A DNA stretch of 64,000 nucleotides from NCBI RefSeq assembly GCF_009834535.1, contig NC_045713.1, positions 13,578,001-13,642,000 of the forward strand, written 5' to 3'. Position numbers and translations under genes: made by a program. Below, piece after piece: positions 12,091-30,570 of the stretch (its first letter is position 1; each line of letters starts with the position of its first letter). The notes beneath the pieces were generated by a model. That model did not search any database, was not told the DNA's origin, and saw only the letters and a list, made by a program, of their open reading frames with translations. Origin of the DNA: Camelus ferus. Its lineage: Eukaryota.

Positions 12091-14129
12091 AGACCCCCTT
12101 CTAGGAGCCTACCTGATTAGGTCAGGCTCACCCATAGCACTAGTCCTTGTGATGCACCCAAAGTCAACTGATTAGCAAGTCAGTCACCAGAATGACATCT
12201 ATCAGATTCACTCTTAGGTGGAGGGGATTTCACAGGACATGCACTCCAAGGACTGGAGACCTTGGGGGACATCTCAGAATGCTGCCTACCATGCCTGTCA
12301 CTCAAAGACCAGCCCTGAGGGGCCGCTTCCTCTGTCTGCTCTAAGCTGGCATCCACCTGAACCACTCACACCACAGCACAGGCATTGAGGGCCTGAGCTG
12401 TGGGAAGACAAACCTGGGTGTACATGCTCTGCCAGCTCCTGATAACTCATGTCCCTTCTTGGCCTCGGTTTACACATCTGTAAAATGGGGGTGGTAACAC
12501 AGCCACCTGGTAAATAAAATAGCACTGACGGAGCATCTGCCTAATGCCGGCACTGCACTGAGTACTTGAAATACATTCTTCTCTGCAAACCTCAGGATCG
12601 CCCATTCCTGGTACAGAGCAAGTGACCTGGAAATGCTAACTGTCATTATTACACTGGCCTCTGCCTTCTTTCCTTCTTCCCCATTCTTTCTAATCCCTGG
12701 ACGTCTGGGTGCTTTCTGAGCCTACAACGCATGAGGCCATGAGCTCTCTAGGGAAAAAGGGAATCCCGAATTTGTTTCTCCTCATTCCTCTAGGTCTTGC
12801 CTGTGATTCTGTGCTCCCAGCAATGCTCTCTCCCACCCTGCGTGCATCTCCCCACTTGGCACCCAACAGGACCAGCCAGTGATGAATGCACTCCCACCCA
12901 GCCCCCAGCATAAAGGGGCTCCGCCCACTCCCCACCAGAGTCCAGACAGTGAGGCCAGGGGTCAGTTTCCAGGTGCTTCTCCCCCAAAATTGGTGTGGTT
13001 GGCAGAGGAGTCCGCCCTCTCTGCAGCCATTCTCTCTTCCCTCCCATCACGCAGGAGACAGGACCCCCTGCGGCAGGCAAAGCATTTGTCTCCAGATTGG
13101 CTTTCCATCAAATATCCCATCCTCCCTCATGGCAGATGGAAGGGAGTGATAGGATCTGAACTGTGGGGGGCTGTCGATTCCACTAGCTCTTTCCCCAGCC
13201 CTCAGGGCCGGTAGGGAGGGCTGAGAGTAGAGAAACAGGAGAACAAGATCTCTGATTGTTCCCCACCACCAGACTTCAGGTCCCGCTCTCCTCAGTCAGA
13301 ACCCTTGGGTATGAAATCCTCCCAGCAACAGTTTTGCATTAACTGTCTTGGTTGACTGACTGTTTTTGTATGGCTCTTCCAGAGAAAAGCACAGACAATG
13401 TGGCTCAGATTAAGCCATACGAAAGGAATTCCTCAGCCTCAAAGCCTGGAGCTTGGCTCTGAGCAGAAGGGTCCCCAGCCTCTTGTCTCATGTCTCTGGC
13501 AGCCTGGGCAGTGCCCGTGCAGGGGGTCACGTTAGAGAAGTCCCATCACTTCTGAAAGGAAGGGCTGAACGTCTCAGGGCAGCGGGGCTCAGGGGCAGGG
13601 ACACTGCCCGTGGTCAGTGGTCTGTGGTACATATGCACCTGGAGGGTTTCCTTGGCTTTAAGGGCCTACCATCCATCCTGTCTTCCTGGTGGCCACCATG
13701 GAGAGAGTCCCCGGTGAGCCAGGCCTTCAAGGCATTCCCCACCTCCAGGCCCCAGCACACTGGCCGGCCTCCAGGAGTACAAGAGTTGCAGGGTAGGGTG
13801 GGATGGGACAGGCCAGGGAGCGTCTGGTCAGTGGGCCCTTTGCCACAGCCACGTGCCCAGCCCAAGGCCCCAGCAGCCTGGGACCCAGAATGTCCCAGAG
13901 CACAGGTCACATTGGAAACCAAACCCTAGTGTGGGGGCTGTGGTCCAGGACTTCGCAAGGGGGCGGGGCTGCAAAGGAACAGCTCCAGTACAAAAGGACA
14001 CAAGGCTGGCGTTCTGTGTTTTCTCATATCCTGTGCTCTCTGTTTGGCATCATTAATCAATCACAGGGCCAATCTACCAGCCACAGCTGTTTACATCTTC
14101 CCTGGATCCAGAGCCTCACCATGAACCCC

Positions 14130-14495
14130 CTCCCCATCCATCCCTCCCACCATGCCAAAGCTGCCCTGCCCCAAATCACTCAAGCCAGGGACTAAACAAT
14201 GAGGGACAGCCCCTACGCCCTGGGCGTGCCAGAACTTTTCAAACTAACCCAGCCTAGGCTGTTCACCCTGCTCTGCCCTGCCTCTCCCCTGGAGACCCCA
14301 GCAAAGGCCCTGGTCTCAGCCTCCCTGGCTTCTTTCTGGTTCCTGATCAGCACTGGTGCTTTCCCAAGTGGCCCTGCACAGCATGGTGTGCCCCTTCTCT
14401 TGCAAAGTGTAAGGAATAAAAATATGCTTTTAATGGCACTGGCCTCTCCCTGTTGTCACTCAGTCACCTCCATAAATGAAAATCCCAAGGGCACA
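14130..14495 (+). mobile_element. ERV1-class solo LTR (MER39/MER21-like)
   Basis: ttcaaactaacccagcctaggctgttcaccctg ... ctggtgctttcccaagtggccctgc ... cttttaatggca. Confidence 0.55.
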
Positions 14496-16169
14496 TTTTG
14501 AGGCAGTTAGTTGGCAGCCTGGATCTCTGGACTTAATTGCAGGTCCAGGATGCCCACAACCAGATGGGAGTATTAAGAAAGAAGCATCTGTAGGCAGTTT
14601 TTGGAGCATAGTCAAAGCTGGGGAAGAAATCTCTTGTCTTCAGAAATACCCAGGACCCCAGAGTTCCAGTAGTTCCTGAGACTCTCGGGAGCCCATGTAC
14701 CAAGTGGGGCCCAGACACGCCCCCTCCTGTGTGCTGGGCCAGGGGTGGTGGGGGCCGTTTCTGCCACTCAGCACCAGCCCTTCCATCCCCACCTCTTACA
14801 TAGGAAGCCCCAAGACCCTCTTTCCAGAACCTGGAGACCCTCTACCTGACAGGCAGCTCTGTTGGGTGTGTCTTGCTCAGAACCCCCGCTTCCAGGTGGC
14901 TTTGGTCCCACAAGGCCTTCAGTGGCCCCCTGAGCTCACAGAGCCAGTCCAGGTCCACCCACAGCTCAGTGTGATTGAATAACCTGGTGTGTGGTTTTGC
15001 ATCCATCGCCTGTGATACCAGGTTGGTGTACATCCTCTCCTGAGCTGGATTCTCCATCCGCGAGGCCTGCATATGCTGGCCTCTCAGTGGTACTGTCCCT
15101 CGGGTTCAGGCCCAAGGAGCCTAAGTCCCCTTCTCTCTCTCCCTACAGGGGCTGTGTGACCGAAGTGGGCCTCCTCCACCTCTGAGATAGTGTCAGGACC
15201 CTCCATGCATCTTGGGATGGAGACAGAGCAGATGGGAGGGATGGGTGGGTGACACTGGGCAGTATGGCAGGCACACCCCTCTGGCCAGCCCCAGTCTGGG
15301 CCAGAGTGGTCAGACTTGCTGAAGGAAGTCCTTTAGGACCCAGTCCTGTCCATCCAGGGGGATTCTCAGAGGGGACATGTCCCATTTCCTGCTGATAGCA
15401 AGGCCAGAGCCCCACCCGGGCACAAAATGTTGCCCTGCTCTAGCTCTTTCTTTAGGATAACACAGTCATTTCTTCCTCTCTGATGTAAAAATTTCCACTT
15501 CTGGCCGACATAGAGTAACAGGAACTGGATTTACCCTTCTACCTGAAACAAGAGAACAACCAGACAAAACCTACAAAACTGTGGTTTTCAGACATTGGGC
15601 AGCAGTATTGCTGAGAGACAGGAAGGAGGGGGTGAGTCCTAGGATCACCCCAGCTTATTGCCAGTGGTACAGGGAGGGGAATTGAGGCCAGCCAGGTGTC
15701 TCCCTGGGATGAAGAGCTGGGCTGAGCATGCAGGGAACCAAGGTGGCTAGAATCTGTCGGATGGAGTAAGTGCTGGAGAGGAGAAAGCCACGTGCAGAGT
15801 GAGCCTGGAGATCTGCAGAGGGCCCCCCAGTCTTCAGCTGAGGGCTGAGGGGCCCGGGTAGGGGAGTCACTACGGCTGGGGCAAGAACAACATCAAAGGA
15901 TTGGAAGGAACAGCCCTCAGGTGTCACACGTGGCTGGACACAAGGCACACTCCCAACAGAGCCCACTCCACGTGAAGGTCACCCTTCAGTACTCTAGTAA
16001 GAAGGCTCAGTTATGCCCCTGAACCACCTCTCACTTAACATTCATCCGGTTACAGCCGTGGTCCGCATTCCTTAATGATTCCTACTTTCATGTCCTTGGA
16101 GAACTAATAAAGATCTCCCCAGAACCTACTCTCTCTGATCCGTCCCTAGACTGCTGAGTTTTCTATGGA

Positions 16170-16840
16170 AGTCCTTTTCTAAAAAATGGAGATGAAATTC
16201 ACATAACAATATAAATCACTTTATTTTGTGACAGTGAATGATTCAGCGGTGTTTCATACCTTCCCAAAGTTGTGCAACCACCGCCTCTATCTAGTTTCAC
16301 AAACTTTTTATTCCCCAAAAGAAAACTCCATGCCTAAAAGAAAAAAAGAAAGAAAATTTAAAAATTAAAAACAAACAAACAAAACAAAACAAAACAAAAA
16401 CCAAACAAACAATAAATACATTTTTTAAAAGAATTTTTACAAAAAGAAAGAAAACCGCATGCCCATGAAGCACTGACCCCTTTTCCCCTTCCCTGAGCCC
16501 CTGGAAACAATTGATCTGTTTTCTGTTTTTAAGGATCTGCTAGTCTAGAAAATTCACATTCATGGAATCATATAATATGTGTCCTTTTGTATCTGTCCCC
16601 TTTCACTCAGCCTTTTTTCCAGCATGCTAATGTTGTCACACGTATCACTGCCTCATTTCTTTTTATGGCTGAATAGTATTCCATTGTATGGATGCACCAC
16701 ACTGTGTTTATTCCTTCACCAGCTGATTGACACTTGAGTTGATTCCACCCTTTGGCTTTTGGGAATAATGCTGCCACGAACAGTGGTATACAAGTTTTTA
16801 TTTGCACACCATGTTTAAATCTTGTAAGTATATACATGGA
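16170..16840 (-). mobile_element. L1M 3' fragment with an internal A/AAAC-rich insert
   Basis: tttttatggctgaatagtattccattgtatggatgcaccac ... tgggaataatgctgccacgaac; (AAAC)n at ~16367-16410. Confidence 0.75.
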
Positions 16841-19029
16841 GGGCTTATGTTATAGTCACAGTTTCTCTTAACCAGCCCTCCATCACCTGAGCACTGCCTA
16901 TATGACCTCGAGGCACCTGCTGCCTGCTCTGCCCCCTGTGCTTTTTCCATTGCTCTGGAGAGTGGTCCTCCTCCTCAGGGAACATAAGGCAGATGCGGAG
17001 GAAAGAGAAAAATCGAGTTCAGAACTAGAGACCCTGAGAGAGGAGCACAAAGGGCCACAGGAGAGGGGCGCTTCCTGCAGGGGAGAGAGGCCCTGGCTAT
17101 GGTTGTGCCCAGGACTGATGGGTCCAGTGGCTCAGATGCTGACCCCAGGGGAAAAGTGGATGAAATGGATTCACTGGGTCCAGAGGCCCCTGACTCACTC
17201 CCTATCCTCCACCCTCCCCCATTTCCTCAACCTTCCCTATTCCCCTCCCCCTCAACCTGGCCTTTAATTCCAAGGAGGGAGTCCTCAGGAGTCAGCACTT
17301 GCCAATTTAAGAGGAAACTTCTAGAAAGGGACAGTCCCATAAAATGAACCCCTGGGCTCAGGTATCAGCAAATCCCCAGCTCCCCACTGCACATCTTCTG
17401 GGGCACAGAGGGGGTCCAGAGTCCCAGCAGGCCACCGTGGCCACCCAGAGGGAAGCACTGGGGGTCTGCATGCTGTCCTTGGTCTGTCCCAGCCGTGGTG
17501 CAGGGGAACCCTTCTGGTCACTGCAGTCCAGAAGCTCCTTAATGGGAGCCTGGTGGGCTGGTGAGCAGAGGGTGGGTATCAGGCCTATGAAGCCAGGAAA
17601 GAAGTGAGGAGCTCCCAAGAGATTCCAGTCATTGGAAGGCAAAGCTGTCTCTCCCTCCACGCATCACTCAAGCCTCCCTTGCCCATGGCCTGATCCCCTC
17701 CCGGAAACAGGACCATACAAAGCTTGGGAGGGGCCTCTGGATCTGGCTGGAGAGATAGGTACCAGACATGTTCACCTGGGCTACATGGGGACCAGCCACG
17801 GGGACCAGGAGGATGAGGTCTTTCCCCAAAGCACCCCTCATCCTGCGGCAAAGGGGGTCCATGAGTGTTGCCCAGAACAGTCCCCCCGTGATCCAGACTT
17901 CACCTCAGAGCCCAGTCTCTCTTCCCACACCTGGCCCAGCTCTGTGGCCACTCTTAGGAGCCTGAGAGAGAAGCAAATAAGGTCATTCCACTGGGCCCCA
18001 CCTGCTCTGACCACAGAGGGACCACCTCTGAGGACAGGAGTCAGCAGGTAGGTGGCCACAGCTGTGCTCTGAGCATCCCCAGGCTGGCAGGGCCTCCCTG
18101 GGGAAGGGAAGGAATCAGACCTCACAGAGGACAGCTGGCAGTGGGCTTATAAGTGATGCATGCGCAAACAATGATAAGGAGGAGGATGGGGAAGTTGCTG
18201 GCACTTTCTGGAGCTCCTCCCCTCAACTAGAATGAAGATACGTGTAGAAAAGTATTTGGGGGCAAATAGGAAGGATGGATCCAGGTCTGATGCCTCCCCT
18301 GTCTCCAGCCTGATGGAGGGGCCAATCAGGCCACTCAGGCCAGGGTCTTCTCAGGGTCTTCAGCTCAGTGTAGAGAACACTGTCCTCACCCCACTGGGCA
18401 GGGATGAAGGGCCCCACGGGCCCCTAAACCCTACCAATCATGACTAGGAGGTCTGGGGCAGGGAAAGGACACCCAAGGTAGAAGCAGCCACCCACCCCTA
18501 AATGTCTCCAAGCCCCTTCCAGGACACCAGGGCTGTGAAGACCCCCACCCGCCGCCACCCCATCCTAGTCTGGCTGCCCCTTCTGCACTGGGGGGAACAG
18601 GAAGAAGGTAATTGAATCAGGGTTGCTCATTCCATCTGGAAACTTCCAACATGGAAAACCTACTGAACAACTGGGGAAGCAATTTGGGACTTTAATTAAA
18701 GGCCGGTGACTCTCCCCCGGAGCCCCACCCCACGCACAGCCAGGAGGACCCCCACATCCGTCCTCAGTGTGTTCTGAGGCCCAGCTGGGCGCCTGGTGCT
18801 GGGCGTTGGCTCTTGGGCCTGGTTGCCACTGGGAGGAGGGTGAGCAGAATGAGCCAGTTCACCCTTCCTCCTGGCTGCTTCCAGACTCTGCATTCTGAGC
18901 TGGCCCTGGGCCCCAAAACCAGACAAACTAGTGGCCCCCACAGCTCTGCTTCCAAGAAGCTTCAGGAATGGATTAGTGGGTCATGTTGGCAGGCTCGGGA
19001 AAGGGATTCTAAGCCCCTCTAGGGAGAAA

Positions 19030-19440
19030 ATGAGCTTGGAGTGAAAGTACAGCTACCCTATTCTAAGTCTGCCTCCTCTCCGTCTGCTCCTTCTGCAAGG
19101 AATGGCATTCCAGGCAGAGGGAACAGCATATGCAAAGACTATGAGGTTGGAAAGATCACGGCAGGTGGAAGGAGCTAAGGGGGCAGAAGCTGAGGGGTGA
19201 GAGGAGCACACAGGCTTGGGGGTGGGGCTCACCTCTGAGGGCCTCAACAGCTGCGTTCAGGCATCTGGTCTTCATTCTAGAAGCAATGTGAGTGGGGGCA
19301 AAGATGGGAGTGTTTTACAATAATGGGATCTGGTTTACTCTGAAGACACCCCTCTGGCTGCTGTGCGTGCAGAGAGCTCATTGTAGGAGAACATCCAGTC
19401 GTGAGATGGCAAAAGTTTGGACAGGGTATGTCCAGGGAGA
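19030..19440 (-). mobile_element. L2 LINE fragment
   Basis: ggcattccaggcagagggaacagcatatgcaaagact ... aatgggatctggtttactctgaagacaccc. Confidence 0.65.
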
Positions 19441-21149
19441 AGAAGAAACATACATGGACCAGGCTGGGAACTATGCCAGGGGTCAGGGGCTGTCCTGCCT
19501 TCCCTGATGCCCCTGCCGCCCAGGGCAGGCTGCCATGCCATCCCTAACTGAGTACCCCTTGCAGGGAATGGGGACACAGCTGTCAAGCCCAGGGCTTGTC
19601 ACTCAGCAGGATCCCAAGGTGCAGTGTGACCTGTCCTCAACATCGTTATTGCAAATTGGACCAGCCCTGCCTCCACCCACATCAGAGGTCCGAGCTGGGG
19701 AGGAGGCTGTGGGTACCTCTCACCCACATCTGCCCACATTTGCCATCACATTTCCGCCAAGGTAGCTTAGAACTAGTCCCCAGCCCTGCCTGTGGCCTTG
19801 CCCTGATGGCAGGCTCTGGAGGCAGTTGCTGGCCCCCTTAGGGCAGCTCCACACTGGCATGTCCTGTGGGCCCAGAACCAGCAAGGGGTGCGCTGCTAGA
19901 GACAGATGCCCCCGTCTCCCTCCCCATCTTCTGTTGAGCCTTTTCTCACACCAATACCAGCTGACCCAAAATACACACCACCCGTGGGGTCATGTGAAAA
20001 CAGTCACCATGGTGACTGGTGGGGTGTCTGGCTCAGTCAGCCAGAGCGGGTGCTGGTGCCACTGCTCTGAAATCCTCCCTCGCTGCCACCCTGGATCTTA
20101 GGACAGGGAGAAGCTCCAAGTACCCCAGGGGTGGAAAGGCCACATCAGGGCCAAGCATCTGATATAGATCTAAGGGCTGGGGTGCAGGGGCCACAGCCAG
20201 GTCCCACAAGGGCCCAGGGCATACCAGAGCTGGGCCTAAGGACCCCTGGGGGTCACTGTCAGGGCAGTTGGTGGGCACCTGGCAGACAGCACTGTAGCCA
20301 GGAGCAGGTGACAGTCATTACTGAGGGGGCCCTGCAATTCTGGGAGAGACAGGTGAACAGGGCACCCCAGCCTGCCCAAATCTGGCCTAACTTGGTTGGG
20401 GGTTAACAGGCAGCTGGGTTGCCACTGGGTGTTTATTCCTGCCCATCCCAGAGGAGGGAGCACTACGTGGATAAGCACCAGGGAACTAGGGCACAGAGGG
20501 CCTGGGGGACTGGGCATGGCCCAAGGAGTGCGCAGGATCTGGTGGGTGGGGCCTGTGGTGTGGGCTTTGCTTGGTGGGCGTGGCCTGGGTGGGTCATGTG
20601 CGGTTTTGCTGCAAGCTGCTTAGAGGCTGTTAGAACCACCCCTGCACACAGGAGTCACCTCATACTCGCTACTGGCAATTTCACCAGATTTCCAGGAGGG
20701 AGTGTCCAAGGGGCACTAGGACGCAGAATTAGCTGGGGTCTTGGGTGCAGCCTGGAAAGCTGGACAGATCCAGCTTTAATCCTGCCCCACCGCTCAAGTG
20801 GGCCACGTGAGGCCTCAGTTTTCCTGTCTGGAACACAGGGACAGTCCTCCTTGGCACCCCAGGTCTGAGAAGAGAGCCCGAGGATGACCTCCTGAGTCAC
20901 TAGGGCTAAGCTGTGTGTCACTGAGCAGGCCCCGAATGCCTCTGAGCCTCAGTTGCTCATTTGTGACAGGCGGCCAAGCTCCCTGCACACCTCGAGGGAT
21001 GTATAACCACCATCAGGTTTTTAACCACTCGTGGCATGAACAGTGACTGGTTGAGTTAGCTGGTATGAGTATCATTTCCCCAGGAGATGGCACCTCCTAA
21101 CCTGAACCCTTCAACCCCCAAGGGCACGTACAAGAACAGAGATCCAAAC

Positions 21150-21155
21150 TTTATT
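21150..21155 (-). terminator. HS3ST6: Poly(A) signal of HS3ST6
   Basis: tttatt on + (AATAAA on -), 115 nt past the stop codon. Confidence 0.7.
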
Positions 21156-21270
21156 TTGTAAATACTCCTCTCTACCCAGTATATGTACACGGCCCACCCT
21201 GGCCAGGTGACAGGCATAAATTAAGGTTTTACCCGAGTCCCCAAGCAGGGCATGGGCGGGCCAGGCCTTG

Positions 21271-28150
<6,880 letters not shown>

Positions 28151-29989
28151 CGCCCTGCTGGTCTAGGTTTGCCTTGCCATTGCCATTCGTCAGGATCACG
28201 GGCCTGGCAGCTGGAGAGGACTAGTCAACTTTGATTACCATTTTAGAGTCTGGGAGACAGGCCCAGGGAGGACAGACGTCCTTCCAAAGAGCCCAGTGAA
28301 GTTCAGGCATCAGGCTCCTGACACTTTCTACCGTATCACGCAGTCTGTCTGCAGCCGAGTCCATCTGATGCTCCTGTGAGATGTCAGTGACCCATCTCTG
28401 ATGCTGGCAAAGTAGCTCCTATTGGAGATGTGAAGGATTCAGGAGACCTGTGCTGGGGAAACTAGAAGGAGGAGCCTAGATCCTGTCCTAAGAGCTTCCT
28501 CTGAGGGGCAGGGAGACTCAGTGGCCATGCAAGTAATGAGACCTCCAGGGCACTGGACACTGCAGGAGCTTTATGCACCCCCAGCTTCATTGAACCCCCA
28601 GCACAGCAAAAGCAAGGCAGAGAAGGAGGGCTGGCTGGGAAAGAGTGAGTCACTGGTAAAGAAGGAATCAAACCCACGTCCTCGCTTTGCCTCTGCCTCA
28701 GCCTTCCTGGCCTCACAGTTGGTGCAGGTGGGCACAAGCTCCCCATAGAGACCAGCCTTTCTCCAGCCAATGCCCAGAGACCACTGTGCTGGCTTCTGCT
28801 GGTTAATGGGCTGCTCCTGAGCCTAATGGTAACTGGATCTAAGGGCATTGGGAAGGAGATTCCTAGGGGAAGGAGCACTTCCCAGGGGCAGGGGCCTCCA
28901 TGACCCATAAACACGTCTAGAGTTCTCACCCAGAGGCAGCCCTGGCGGGAGAGGGCTCTATGGAGCCAGTGGGGTGAAGACCACTGACCAGGGCCCCAGT
29001 TCAGTTCCCAGATGCCATGTCTGCACCTGCTTGTCAGGGCAAGACTCAGCCAGGAGCCCCGTGGGCGGGGTGTTGGCGGGGTGTTGGCACAGCACTGTCT
29101 GGGGTGCATGCTGGCACATGCAGGGTCACAGGAAGTTCTTCTTCTGGTCTAGCTTAAAACAGGATTTGTTCCAGATAGGCTAGTTCTCCTTAGCACTCTC
29201 CCAGGTAGGATCCAACTCCACCTGCAGAACCTACCCACAGTCTTAGCAGCCACCACTCAGGGCTCCCAATTCTAGCGTTAAAACCTAGTCTTCCATCTCC
29301 TTGCACCACCACAGGCATAGCTGTTCCCACCTCCTAGTCTTTGCTCATGCTGTTCTCCCTGCTGGGAATGCCTTTTCCATACCCCCTCCCCCACACATAA
29401 ACACACACTAGCTTGAGGACTTTCCAGGAAGAATTTAGCAAGAACAGCAGGACATCGACCATGCTGGGGGTGGGAGACTGAGGTCCAGGAACAAGAGTGT
29501 GCTTGAAGTGTCTGACAGCCAATCCCCTCGCTCCACACACCATCCGGCTCTCAGGTGAGGGGTGGGTGAAAATCTAGGGACATCCAGGATGGTAGTCTTG
29601 GGATGTCTGTTCATCAGCATATCCCCAGTTCCTCACAGAGCCTGGCACCTGCTAAGCACTCAATAAAGTCCAGCTGGTAGAAGGACGGGAGTAGAGAGAG
29701 AGGTTGACAAAGCCTTTCTAGAGGTGATGGTCAGGCAAGGAGCAGGTAAACAGCATCCCAGCCAGCTGGGGAAAGGCTCAGCAGCAGGGAGCAGAAGTGG
29801 GGTGCAGTGGGGGAAGCGGAGGAATTGGGTAGAGCCCGAGGTCCATTCCCAGGGAGCAGACCCTTAGAGTCTGGCCTGAGGCTGGTCCCAGTCTCAACTT
29901 CCTTTCAGCACATGGTCTCAGGCCCCTCCCACCCCAAGGCTCTGGTCCCTAAAATGGCAACCTCAGTCCTGACTCTGAAGAAACAGCTT

Positions 29990-30570
29990 CATCGAAGTGC
30001 AATTCCCCTACCATGCAATTCAACCATGTAGCATCTCAAATTCAGTGGTTTTCAGTATATTCACAATGTTGTCCAATCATCATAAATNNNNNNNNNNNNN
30101 NNNNNNNNNNNNNNNNNNNNNNNNNNNNNNNNNNNNNNNNNNNNNNNNNNNNNNNNNNNNNNNNNNNNNNNNNNNNNNNNNNNNNNNNNNNNNNNNNNNN
30201 NNNNNNNNNNNNNNNNNNNNNNNNNNAGTGGAATCATACATCGTGTGGCCTTTTGCAACTGGCTTCTTTCATTCAGCGTAACATGTTCAAGGATCATTCA
30301 TGATTTAGCATGAGGGTCAACTCTTTGTTCCTTTTTATGGCTGTATAATATTCTGCTGTGTGGATGGACCACATTCTGTTTATCCTTCCATCAGCTGATG
30401 AACACATAGGTTGTTTTGACATTTTGGTTCTTGAGAATCATGCTGCTGTGAACATTTATTTACAAGTTCTCATGTGGACATGTTTCATTTCTCTTGGGTG
30501 TATACCTAGCAGTAGAATTGCTGGGTCAGATGGTAACTCTACACTTAGCTCTTTATGAAGAGTCCTTTTG
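29990..30570 (-). mobile_element. L1M 3' fragment (partly masked by N-run 30088-30226)
   Basis: ggaatcatacatcgtgtggccttttgcaactggcttctttcattcagc ... agaattgctgggtcagatggtaactct. Confidence 0.8.
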
